64,000 nucleotides of DNA. Source: Minisyncoccia bacterium. GTDB lineage: Bacteria; Patescibacteriota; Minisyncoccia; Phycocordibacterales; Phycocordibacteraceae. A program made the position numbers and the translations under genes. The DNA lies in NCBI GenBank assembly GCA_038207395.1, contig JBBQZW010000003.1, positions 115,760 through 179,759 on the forward strand. Reading direction: 5' to 3'. The notes under the pieces were generated by a model. The model saw only the letters and a list, made by a program, of their open reading frames with translations, was not told the DNA's origin and made no database searches. Positions 8,674-17,513 of this stretch are shown here, piece by piece (the stretch's first letter is position 1; each line of letters begins with the position of its first letter).

Positions 8674-9951
8674 ATGACTGACCGCGAAGCGCTTTCAACA
8701 GAGCCCTATAAAGGAGTGCGGGACTTTTACCCTGAAGACTGGGCGAAACTTGAGTACGCATTTGGGGTGATGCGCACAGTACTGCGCCGTCGAGGATTTG
8801 AAGAATATGCCGCATCTCCCCTAGAACGTGCTGAAATCTATGAGAGTAAAAGTTCTGAAGAAATTGTAAATGAGCAGACGTATTCGTTTACGGACCGTGG
8901 AGACCGCAGAGTTACACTTCGACCAGAGATGACCCCAACACTAGCGCGCATGGTCGCCGCGAAGCGGCGTGAGTTGGTATTTCCCTTACGATGGTTTTCA
9001 ATTCCAAATGTATTCCGCTATGAACGTCCTCAGCGTGGACGTCTTCGTGAGCACTACCAGCTAAACGCTGACATCCTAGGAATTGCTGACGAAAAAGCAG
9101 ACGGAGAGATTATTGTCATTGCGTCAGAACTTCTCCGTGCCTTTGGTGCAACAGATGCGGACTTCTCTATTCGTATCAACTCTCGCACGCTTTTAAACGC
9201 AGCAGCGCAGGCACTAAAGTTGAGCACCGAAGAAATGAGTGCGTATCTTTCCCTTCTTGATCGAAAGAATAAGACATCAGGGGAAGATTTTGAAGCGGAA
9301 CGCTCCGCGTTCCGCCGTTCTGGCACCGATCCCCTCGAACTCATCGAATCCGGTACGCACACTGAAGTGGATACTGAACTTAAAAAACTCGAAGCACTCA
9401 TTGAGGCGTTCCAAGCACGCGGTATGACGAACGTTGTTTTCGATCCAACGATTGTCCGAGGATTCCTGTACTACACCGGTATTGTTTTTGAAGTATTTGA
9501 TACTAACTCAGAAAATAACCGTTCGCTTTTCGGTGGCGGACGCTACGACAATCTCGTTGCACTTTTCGGCGGCGAACCTATTCCAGCCATTGGTTTTGGT
9601 ATGGGAGACGTTACCCTTATCGACTTCCTTGAAACTCACAACCTTCTTCCCCAAAACCTAACCGGCGCACCTGATCTCTTTATCGGTACTCCTTCAGAAT
9701 CAGACATCCCTCATGCACATGCAGCAGCTGACGTACTTCGTTCACGAGGGGTAAGCACGCTCGTGAATGGTTCAGGGAAATCACTTGGAGACCAAATTAA
9801 GGAAGCGGTTCGAAGAAAAATCCCCTACTTCATCGCGTACGGCGCACAAGAAGCTGACTCAGGCATGATCACGCTCAAAGTACTTACTGAAAGCCGTGAG
9901 GAGTCACTGACACTCGATACCGTAGCAGGATTTATTACGAAAGGCACGTAA
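8674..9951 (+). CDS. hisS: histidyl-tRNA synthetase
   Basis: HisRS-specific FRYERPQRGRLREHYQ, RPEMTPT, class II core and C-terminal anticodon-binding domain. Confidence 0.85.
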   Translation: MTDREALSTEPYKGVRDFYPEDWAKLEYAFGVMRTVLRRRGFEEYAASPLERAEIYESKSSEEIVNEQTYSFTDRGDRRVTLRPEMTPTLARMVAAKRRELVFPLRWFSIPNVFRYERPQRGRLREHYQLNADILGIADEKADGEIIVIASELLRAFGATDADFSIRINSRTLLNAAAQALKLSTEEMSAYLSLLDRKNKTSGEDFEAERSAFRRSGTDPLELIESGTHTEVDTELKKLEALIEAFQARGMTNVVFDPTIVRGFLYYTGIVFEVFDTNSENNRSLFGGGRYDNLVALFGGEPIPAIGFGMGDVTLIDFLETHNLLPQNLTGAPDLFIGTPSESDIPHAHAAADVLRSRGVSTLVNGSGKSLGDQIKEAVRRKIPYFIAYGAQEADSGMITLKVLTESREESLTLDTVAGFITKGT

Positions 9952-9952
9952 C

Positions 9953-10531
9953 ATGCGCGTCGTTACGTTTGACATTGAAACAGCAAATGCCTTCCCCACG
10001 CTCGGACGAGGGGATCTTTCGCGCATGGATGTTTCAATCGTCGGCATCCATGACTCTGAAACAGGAGAGCTTACCTCCTACACCCAAGAAGAGTTTGGGA
10101 AACTCTGGCCTATCATTGAGCGCGCAGATATGTTGATTGGCTTTAACTCTGACACGTTTGATATTCCCATCCTGAACCGCTACTACCCTGGAGACCTTAC
10201 TCGCATTCGTTCGCTTGATTTGCTCGTTGAAGTGCAAAAAATGCTTGGACGACGCGTTCGCCTTCAGTCACTTGCTGAGGCCACACTCGGTGTGGGTAAA
10301 AGTGGAAACGGACTCGAAGCGGTGACCTGGTGGCAGGAAGGGCTTGTTGATAAGGTGCGTGCGTACTGTTTGGACGACGTTAAGATTACCCGAGATATAT
10401 ATGACTATGCGCTTAAGCATGGAAAGCTTAAGCATAAAGACCTTGGTGGTGCTCGTGAATTTAAGATAGACACGTCTGCTTGGAACGTACCCCAAGAAGC
10501 TTCAGCCATTACCCACACCCTTCCCTTTTAG
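9953..10531 (+). CDS. RNase H-like 3'-5' exonuclease (DEDD-type, YprB-like)
   Basis: Exo I motif FDIETAN, later DSETGEL and YCLDDV acidic motifs; translationally coupled to hisS. Confidence 0.5.
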   Translation: MRVVTFDIETANAFPTLGRGDLSRMDVSIVGIHDSETGELTSYTQEEFGKLWPIIERADMLIGFNSDTFDIPILNRYYPGDLTRIRSLDLLVEVQKMLGRRVRLQSLAEATLGVGKSGNGLEAVTWWQEGLVDKVRAYCLDDVKITRDIYDYALKHGKLKHKDLGGAREFKIDTSAWNVPQEASAITHTLPF

Positions 10532-10592
10532 CACTCCCCGTTTTGACGGGGAATGCGCCTATTGTTCGAGAAATATATTGTAGTATTAAGCT

Positions 10593-11324
10593 ATGAACGA
10601 AACAGACACTTTTTTAGTACAAAAGCGTGAGACCTGGCTAATTCCAGGGGCAATTATCGCAGCAGGTCTTGTGCTCTCCCTCGGCATTTATATAAATCGC
10701 ATCCACGATGTTGAAGGTTCTGCGAAAGCTGATATTACATTGATGCGACCCGTGACGCTTCAGGATCACATTGTCGGAAACCCCTCTGCTCCCGTTATCT
10801 TAGTTGAATATGCTGACATTGATTCAAATTATTCAAAGAGCTTCCAACAAACCCTTGAGCAGCTGATGGCAGAATATGCCGAGGGTGGAAAAGTTGCGTG
10901 GGTATACCGCCATTTACCACTCATTGATCAGCATATTCACGCCGCTGAGCATGCTGAAGCAGCAGAATGTATAGCCTCACTCGGTGACTCAAATATATTC
11001 TATCGATTTATTGACGCGCTCAACAGTGCCGCACCCGGAGATTTGCAGTTTGATCCAAAGAATTATGACAGTGTTGTTTCGTCACTTGGTATTCTTCCTG
11101 AATCATTTAATGCCTGCCTACGCGCTCATACGTTCCAGAAAAAAGTAGGAGATGATTTCCAAAATGGTATTGCCATTGGTGCAGGAGGAAGTCCTTTCAG
11201 TGTACTGTTAGTTAAAGGTCAGAAACCAATCACCATAAACGGTGCACTTCCGTATGATGGATTGAAGAAGATTATTGATCATGCTATTTCAATGGCAGAA
11301 GCATCTTCAACTCCCGCTCAGTAA
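10593..11324 (+). CDS. DsbA-family thioredoxin-fold protein with CxxC replaced (SNYS); membrane anchored
   Basis: VEYADIDSNYSKSF aligns with the DsbA/BdbD xEFxDxxCPxCxxF active-site block; N-terminal TM helix. Confidence 0.6.
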   Translation: MNETDTFLVQKRETWLIPGAIIAAGLVLSLGIYINRIHDVEGSAKADITLMRPVTLQDHIVGNPSAPVILVEYADIDSNYSKSFQQTLEQLMAEYAEGGKVAWVYRHLPLIDQHIHAAEHAEAAECIASLGDSNIFYRFIDALNSAAPGDLQFDPKNYDSVVSSLGILPESFNACLRAHTFQKKVGDDFQNGIAIGAGGSPFSVLLVKGQKPITINGALPYDGLKKIIDHAISMAEASSTPAQ

Positions 11325-11334
11325 GCAGAAAAGA

Positions 11335-14313
11335 CTAGAGGACGCCAAACCGGAGTGTACACCACTGACAGTCTGCGTCTTCACAGGGAGTATTCCAAAA
11401 CGAGAGCGTCGTAATTTCTAAAGCACTCTTTTGTATGGTTGCTACGAGAGCGTCTACCTCTCCGTCTGTAATGGTAAAGGCTTCAGTGCGTATGTGACCC
11501 TTATCATCAGGTTCAACAAACTCAATAATCCCCTCTTTCATGTGCTCTGGCTCTTCCCCTCTTTCAAGAAGTAGTTTGTAGAACGTGAGTTGACGATAGT
11601 AATTCCCATCAGCATTCTTCGTGCTTCCCATAAGTTCGTTGCGGCTTTTAGGTTTTCCGGTTTTATAGTCGATAACATTCACGCCACCTGAGACTTCATC
11701 AACCCGGTCAAGCTTCCCACGAATCCGCAGCACCTCACCGTCATCGAGCATAATTTCAGCATGTGCTGCCTGCTCTGCACGCGCTTGTGCCGGCCACTCG
11801 CCATGTCTCTCATTCCACCATGCCGTTAATGCTCGTTCCCCTTTCTCCTGCATTTCTTTTTGTTCTTGTTCAGTGAATGGTGAACGCTCAAGTGAATACG
11901 CAAATGAGCGGATAAGACCATCTACGCCAATATCTTTACCGAGCACCCGTTCATCTGCATACCGGTTTAAGACTTCATGAATAGCCGTACCAAAGAGCAT
12001 GAATTTATTTTCAACTTCAGGAATACGGAGCAAGTTTACATAGAAATATTTCCACGGGCACTCGAGGTAGTTATTGAGAGCTGTTGGCGAAAGGCCCTGC
12101 GCGAATAAGGTGGCGCGAAGCGTCGTGAGATCATCTTCTGAAGGCGCGAGCATTTCTCCTTGATTGACTGCGTTTACTGCACGCGTAACGAATGAAGGTT
12201 CCGTAGGGTTTGCCGGAGGAATAGTTTCAATCAGTGCTGGATTAATATCTTCAAGCAGTTCGGTGGGATCCTGCGCGCGATCATCTTCTCCAGTGACCGA
12301 GTATGAAAGTGTTGCGTGTTCTTTTGCACGAGTGATAGCAACATAGAAAAGACGACGTTCGTCTTCAAGACCGTTTTGTCCTGAGAGAATGTCGGTAAGG
12401 TGGAAATGCTCAGGGCGTGCACGGATGGACCAGGCGCGGGAGGTGAGGTTTGGAAGAAATACCTGAGCGAACTCGCGTCCTTTTGATTTATGTACCGTCA
12501 TAACCTTTACCCGTGTTTCATCTTCCCCTCCCCGACCAGGAAGCGAAATACCCCGTTCTGCGTAGAGATCAAGGAGTGCCAGGGCTCGGGGAAGAAGTGC
12601 GTCATGCTCCCTCCGTGAGAGATCTTCGAGCTCAAGTAAAAGCCCTCGAATGGCCGCCAGGCCCTCTGCACGGTCCGGAGCAGCGAGTATGACCTGTAGG
12701 AGCCCCGATATCTGAAGTGCGTATTCCATCACGGTAGCGGGGCGTTCAAAGGACACCATACGTGCCAGCGTTTCTATCTCTCTACCAAGCTTTAGCGCGT
12801 TTTCCGTATCTACTATCTTTGCCTCTAAGAGTACTTCTGGGTCAGCGAGTACCGAAAGAATAGTGCGTTTTTGGGACCGAGCGTAGTGGGTAAGTCGCGC
12901 CACGTCAGCGGCGCGCAGAGGAAATCCCGGAAGAGATAGCACTCCTGAAAGAAACTCATCACGCGTATCACACGCAACGCGCGCAAGGCGCAGTAGTGCC
13001 TGCACAAACCGATTACTCAACGCATTATCTTCACCAGAACCAGTCACGCTTACGCCCGCGCGCATAAGCGCGCGGGCTACCTCAGCCGCATCCCGATTAC
13101 GACGTACCAGCACCGCAATCTCTCCTGGCTTCGTACCGCTTGAAATAGTGGCAGTAATATTCAGTGCGAGATTCGCCATCTCCTCGTCAGGCGTTGCGCA
13201 CACCGTAAGAGTGAGAGGTTTCGCAGCATATCCTGCATGTGCCACAAGCGGCACGCGGGAAAGTCGTTCGTCCGGAGACGAACTAATGAGCGAAAGCGCC
13301 GAGTCCAGAATCGACTGCGTCGAGCGGTAGTTATCAATCAGGGTGAGAATAGTCGTGCCTTCAAACTTTTCTCTAAAGTAATGCACGTTATCGAGGTCTG
13401 CACCTTGGAAGCGGTATATCGCCTGTTTCTCATCTCCCACCACAAACAAGGTTGGACGATCATGAAAACCTGACACCAATTCCAAAAGTGCATTCTGTGC
13501 ACGATTTGCGTCCTGATGTTCATCTGCCAAAATATAGAGCAAAGATTCCTGCACCTGAAGAAGAAATACGGGATCACTTTCAAGGGTGCGTACTACTTCC
13601 AGAATGAGATCTTCAAAGTCGTACCGGCGTGCTTCGGTTAAGGCGTTTTCATACGCGCGATATACGGAAAGGAGGTCTTCTGTTTTTTCAATCTTTTTTA
13701 TGAGGGCGACGTAGTCGCCCTTCATCTGCCCCACGTACTTTCCTTTCTCATGTACTTTCCCTTCGAGCGCATCAAATGCCGTACGCTCTTCAAGGATGCG
13801 CTCTGCGAGCGCATCCGGAGACACATTCTCACGCTTTAGTGTTGCAAACGCACTTGCGACTGCACCATGGTAGTACAAAGGATCACCAAACGGACGCAAG
13901 TGCTGTACGGGAGTCTCCAGAAGGATCTTGTCGATAATCTCAGCACGCTCTGCAGGTGTTGCAACGTGTGCGCCAATAATTCGCGGAAAGTGATCAGGAA
14001 AATCAGAAATAACGCGCTCTGCAAATCCATGAAAGGTATGCATACGTACCTTGTTCGCGCGTGAACCAATCACCTTTCGCAATCGCTCTCGCATTTCCCG
14101 TGCTGCAGCTTCGGTGTACGTAAGTGCCAGTATTGATTCTGGCGGCGTGTCGGTCAGTTTTAAAATGTTCGCAATGCGTAGTGTAAGTACTTGCGTCTTT
14201 CCCGTACCGGGGCCAGCAATAACAAACACAGGTCCTTCAATAGCATCTACCGCCGTACGCTGCTCTGCGTTTAGGCGCCCGTATGCTTCTTCAAATGCCT
14301 GATTCGGATTCAT
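11335..14313 (-). CDS. UvrD/PcrA-type helicase fused to C-terminal Cas4/RecB-like PD-(D/E)XK nuclease (AddA/AdnB-like)
   Basis: N-terminal AGPGTGKT Walker A and UvrD motifs; C-terminal LDRVD, VIDYKTGKP, YRQLTFY nuclease motifs and Cys cluster C...CEDADCQWC. Confidence 0.8.
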   Translation of the reverse strand: MNPNQAFEEAYGRLNAEQRTAVDAIEGPVFVIAGPGTGKTQVLTLRIANILKLTDTPPESILALTYTEAAAREMRERLRKVIGSRANKVRMHTFHGFAERVISDFPDHFPRIIGAHVATPAERAEIIDKILLETPVQHLRPFGDPLYYHGAVASAFATLKRENVSPDALAERILEERTAFDALEGKVHEKGKYVGQMKGDYVALIKKIEKTEDLLSVYRAYENALTEARRYDFEDLILEVVRTLESDPVFLLQVQESLLYILADEHQDANRAQNALLELVSGFHDRPTLFVVGDEKQAIYRFQGADLDNVHYFREKFEGTTILTLIDNYRSTQSILDSALSLISSSPDERLSRVPLVAHAGYAAKPLTLTVCATPDEEMANLALNITATISSGTKPGEIAVLVRRNRDAAEVARALMRAGVSVTGSGEDNALSNRFVQALLRLARVACDTRDEFLSGVLSLPGFPLRAADVARLTHYARSQKRTILSVLADPEVLLEAKIVDTENALKLGREIETLARMVSFERPATVMEYALQISGLLQVILAAPDRAEGLAAIRGLLLELEDLSRREHDALLPRALALLDLYAERGISLPGRGGEDETRVKVMTVHKSKGREFAQVFLPNLTSRAWSIRARPEHFHLTDILSGQNGLEDERRLFYVAITRAKEHATLSYSVTGEDDRAQDPTELLEDINPALIETIPPANPTEPSFVTRAVNAVNQGEMLAPSEDDLTTLRATLFAQGLSPTALNNYLECPWKYFYVNLLRIPEVENKFMLFGTAIHEVLNRYADERVLGKDIGVDGLIRSFAYSLERSPFTEQEQKEMQEKGERALTAWWNERHGEWPAQARAEQAAHAEIMLDDGEVLRIRGKLDRVDEVSGGVNVIDYKTGKPKSRNELMGSTKNADGNYYRQLTFYKLLLERGEEPEHMKEGIIEFVEPDDKGHIRTEAFTITDGEVDALVATIQKSALEITTLSFWNTPCEDADCQWCTLRFGVL

Positions 14314-14419
14314 GGTGAGTACAGTGTACCAGCTCTCGAAATACCTTGTTTCTTACTGCATTTAATGGCATTATTCGACTTGTTCATTTGGAACACCTGT
14401 TCATTCCTAGGGGAGCGTT

Positions 14420-14623
14420 ATGCAAAAGAAATACATCGTCACTGGTACCGTCATTGGATTTACCGTCGGCCTCGGACTTCCGTTTCTTCTTTTCCTGAAT
14501 CGAAAACTGGATCTCGGTCTTCGATTCACACCAGAGGAAGAGGCTGAAGACGCTTCTGCGTTTTTCGGCGCTCCTGAAGGCTCGCAAGACTGCACCGTAC
14601 TTGGAGGCGGGACTAGTGTCTGA
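14420..14623 (+). CDS. hypothetical small membrane protein (67 aa); possibly continues by frameshift into the 14601 frame
   Basis: GGGGAG 5 nt upstream of ATG; hydrophobic N-terminus; strong + strand terminator downstream at 14803. Confidence 0.3.
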   Translation: MQKKYIVTGTVIGFTVGLGLPFLLFLNRKLDLGLRFTPEEEAEDASAFFGAPEGSQDCTVLGGGTSV

Positions 14624-14802
14624 AGCCACACCCCAGCTCTCTTGGTTTGAACGCAGACGGCAAAACATCCCTCTGCCTCACTCGGTTATTAAACGAATAG
14701 CCGAACGAAATGGCCAAGAGATATTCCCTGAAAAGAAAAAGAGGAGAAAGAAAAGACGAAAATCCGTCATCCCCGCTGAGTAAATCAGCGAGATACACAA
14801 AC

Positions 14803-14840
14803 AGGCCAGGACTCCCCCGGAGTTCCTGGCCTTTTTACAT
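14803..14840 (+). terminator. rho-independent terminator
   Basis: AGGCCAGGACTCC...GGAGTTCCTGGCCT then TTTTTAC. Confidence 0.55.
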
Positions 14841-14859
14841 TCCCCATTCATATGATTGT

Positions 14860-15420
14860 CTACCACCGATACCGATGCAACTCCTTTCTTCGCGCTCCAT
14901 GCTCAGGAATATAGTTCGCCACTTCAGCCCAAAATGCTGCACTATGATTATGGTGCTTGGTGTGCGAAAGCTCATGCACAATTAAATAATCTATGAGTTC
15001 AGGTGGGAGGTAGAGAAGACGGTAGTTAAAAGACAGATTGCCATTCGCCGAACAACTTCCCCATCGTGATTTTTGATTGCGTATAGAAATAGTGCCATGC
15101 TTGAAAGAGCCGAGGTGTGCAAAAAAATGCACCCGCTCTTGAGCAATACTGCGTGCTTGAATAAGTGCTTCGCGGTAGGCAGCGGTGCCACGCCGCAGGC
15201 GTGGCACCTGAACATAAGGACCATTTTTCTTTTCTTTCTTTTCCCTCAGGTCGTTCATCTCGCCCTGCGCTTTTAGAATCCAGATTTCTCGTTCTTGCAC
15301 AAATACTTCCACAGCATGAAGCGATATTCGTTTTGGCTTCGTCACCACCACCCTACCATCCTCATGTACCGAAACGCGTAGATGCCGGGCACGTCCATGC
15401 TCCCGGACTTCGTATATCAT
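14860..15420 (-). CDS. YgjP-like (DUF45) metal-dependent hydrolase
   Basis: HELSHTKHHNHSAAFW HExxH-containing signature typical of the YgjP/DUF45 family. Confidence 0.65.
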   Translation of the reverse strand: MIYEVREHGRARHLRVSVHEDGRVVVTKPKRISLHAVEVFVQEREIWILKAQGEMNDLREKKEKKNGPYVQVPRLRRGTAAYREALIQARSIAQERVHFFAHLGSFKHGTISIRNQKSRWGSCSANGNLSFNYRLLYLPPELIDYLIVHELSHTKHHNHSAAFWAEVANYIPEHGARRKELHRYRW

Positions 15421-15920
15421 GCCAATACTGAAACTACGTTCTTAGGGTGAGTATATTTCATACGTTCTGCTTTATATATTTTTCGCCATATAGGAAATAG
15501 CATGAAGACAATGTTCCCGGCAATAGCAGGATATGCTCCGCTAAGTATAAATACTGCAAACCAGAGTGTCTCTTTATATACCCAGTACTTGCCGAGTTTG
15601 TGATAGCAGTCAGTAAGAGGCTCTTCGGCATGACTCATATCTTCAGCCATATAGGTACCAATTTGCGCATGGAGAAACGAACCAAATACCGCAGCTGCTG
15701 ATATCCATATAATGACAAACGCACGTAGGGACGCAGTATCGGTGAAAATAGACCTGATTGATGGCGTAGTTAGTAACGATACTGAAAGCAAAATAACGGC
15801 AACAAATCCAGCCTCATACTGCCACGTTGATCCGCGTTTCGGCGCTGCCATCCAGCGAGCTAAAGGATATAAAAAGGGACGCAGTATGCGTACCAAAAAA
15901 TTAAGCACTGATTCAGTCAT
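15417..15920 (-). CDS. integral membrane protein (167 aa)
   Basis: Four or five TM helices; stop overlaps the YgjP-like start (operon). Confidence 0.45.
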   Translation of the reverse strand: MTESVLNFLVRILRPFLYPLARWMAAPKRGSTWQYEAGFVAVILLSVSLLTTPSIRSIFTDTASLRAFVIIWISAAAVFGSFLHAQIGTYMAEDMSHAEEPLTDCYHKLGKYWVYKETLWFAVFILSGAYPAIAGNIVFMLFPIWRKIYKAERMKYTHPKNVVSVLA

Positions 15921-15976
15921 CCGGACAGTATAGCGTATATGGCAAAAGAGCCCAGAACATTAGTTCTGGGCTCTTT

Positions 15977-16381
15977 TCACGGGCGATCGATGGACTCTAT
16001 CGCTCCATTCGGCGTAAGGCAGGCGAGAAGATAATTCGGAAAATATCTCCAGCTTGCCACTTGCGCATACGCTCGTTGTACATAAAAAGAACATGTTTCA
16101 AATCCATCATTCTCGCGGTTACTCGTCACAGCGCAGATTATAATGCAGACGTCAGAACGTAACCGTACTCGAGACTGTTCCAGCTGAGTCTGAATAATAT
16201 CCCGCATCACAAACTGCATTTCTCGTGGCATTAGCTTTTCATCGTGAGCTAACGCCACATCTGCGCCTGGTCGAATGATTACATCAACGACCTGCGCTTC
16301 ATATTTTCGTATCGCATACTCTTCAAAGCGGCGGCGAAATTCCGGCCGCGCTCCACTAATAATGGTTACCGACCGATACAT
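15977..16381 (-). CDS. hypothetical protein (134 aa)
   Basis: ATG at 16381 preceded by GGGAGAAAGG; the ORF-track start at 16420 is a GTG further upstream. Confidence 0.4.
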   Translation of the reverse strand: MYRSVTIISGARPEFRRRFEEYAIRKYEAQVVDVIIRPGADVALAHDEKLMPREMQFVMRDIIQTQLEQSRVRLRSDVCIIICAVTSNRENDGFETCSFYVQRAYAQVASWRYFPNYLLACLTPNGAIESIDRP

Positions 16382-16463
16382 AGCCTTTCTCCCTGCACTG
16401 CACCAAGACTCAGTAAACACCCGAAGCGCCCTTACTACCAGCGTTTATGGCTTGTATCAGGGG

Positions 16464-16504
16464 ATAGCAAAAGGCCCGCCATACAAAAAATGTAGGGCGG
16501 GCCC
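16464..16504 (-). terminator. rho-independent terminator (minus strand)
   Basis: GGCCCGCC...GGCGGGCC 8-bp stem; the minus strand reads hairpin then TTTTGCT. Confidence 0.5.
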
Positions 16505-16528
16505 GGTTGAGATTTAGCCAGTCAGCTG

Positions 16529-16684
16529 CTAAGCAGCATCATCCGGCGGAGAGCGTTTTTGGGCGAGGAATGCCGCTTCCACACCCCGACGGGTGTGAAT
16601 GACAGGAGGAGTGTCCTTGCTTTTCCGAGGAATATCCTTCCGCCTTGGTCGAAAACGACCTCGCAAACGATCCATGCACCTCAT
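16529..16684 (-). CDS. small basic protein (51 aa, Arg/Lys-rich), not in the ORF track
   Basis: AAAAGGAG 8 nt upstream of ATG; MRCMDRLRGRFRPRRKDIPRKSK...; terminator immediately downstream. Confidence 0.35.
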   Translation of the reverse strand: MRCMDRLRGRFRPRRKDIPRKSKDTPPVIHTRRGVEAAFLAQKRSPPDDAA

Positions 16685-16720
16685 ACTCAACTCCTTTTAT
16701 CTCGAAGCGTTCGTGCCGCC

Positions 16721-16819
16721 TTATGCAGCCACCTTCTGCGGTTTGTATTTGCGGCGGTTTGGGCCACGCGAACCACGGAAGCCTTTACGGCTGTTACAGC
16801 GACGAACTTTCTTACGCAT
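16721..16819 (-). CDS. 32-aa Arg-rich peptide, possible ribosomal protein Thx (bTHX)-like
   Basis: AAGGGGG 7 nt upstream of ATG; MRKKVRRCNSRKGFRGSRGPNRRKYKPQKVAA resembles the Thx core [20 protein letters not shown]. Confidence 0.35.
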   Translation of the reverse strand: MRKKVRRCNSRKGFRGSRGPNRRKYKPQKVAA

Positions 16820-16884
16820 GTAAACCCCCTTTTGGGATGGACAGGAATATCCGGCTTGCGGCCGGATTGAAGTATCCTAACGGA

Positions 16885-17403
16885 CTACGGGACGTGTGTC
16901 AAAGTTGAAGAGGCAAAATGTGGATTGAGCTTTTGGAGGACCTTTTCTTTCAGATTTTCAGTATCCCTAATTCGTAAAAGAGGAAGCCTTGCCTCTCTTA
17001 AGATTCGTTCTACCTCACCGTCCCTCTCTATCCTATCAACCCTCGAATGACTGTAGTCATCAAGTTCGATAGCAAGCACGGGTGAAATATCATCCTTGTC
17101 ACAGAGTACAAAATCAACTGACTTCCGGTTTATGTGCGAACGAGCTCCTTGCCAGTTATTCCCGGGAATCTTCTCGTCTAAAAGACTCGAAAGATGCACT
17201 TGAACAAATATAAAATAATCGTTCCCTACCGTATGAACGAGAGCCTTGTAACACTCAGTTTCGTTTGGGGTCAAGAGATATCGCTTGAGGTGATAGGGAT
17301 ATTTTTTTGAAGTAGGACTGCTTTTCCCACGCCCTAATTCTTTGAGTATCGAAACAAATATGACCGCAACAACTAGTATTGATACGAGGGCGTAAAGATT
17401 CAT
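16885..17403 (-). CDS. DUF2726 domain protein (nuclease-related fold), N-terminal TM anchor
   Basis: LLTPNETECYKAL, SVDFVLCDKDD and LAIELDDYSH match DUF2726 consensus blocks. Confidence 0.6.
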   Translation of the reverse strand: MNLYALVSILVVAVIFVSILKELGRGKSSPTSKKYPYHLKRYLLTPNETECYKALVHTVGNDYFIFVQVHLSSLLDEKIPGNNWQGARSHINRKSVDFVLCDKDDISPVLAIELDDYSHSRVDRIERDGEVERILREARLPLLRIRDTENLKEKVLQKLNPHFASSTLTHVP

Positions 17404-17427
17404 GTCTTAAGTATATGCTAAGAAAGG

Positions 17428-17460
17428 TCATAAAAAGAAACCGGCACACCGTGCCGGTTT
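17428..17460 (-). terminator. rho-independent terminator (minus strand) ending the dnaG-rpoD-downstream transcript
   Basis: AAACCGGCAC-acc-GTGCCGGTTT; minus strand followed by TTTCTTTTTAT. Confidence 0.55.
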
Positions 17461-17513
17461 CAGTCTTTTATGAGTATTCGGTAATTCTGAAAATCACCAG
17501 CGCTCCGCACACT

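Noticed and set aside
16559-16908. Three overlapping + strand track ORFs (103, 74 and 87 aa)
   Set aside because: No RBS, mutually overlapping, Arg/Pro-rich junk translations. The minus strand carries two short ORFs with near-consensus Shine-Dalgarno sites and a terminator, which explains the region better.
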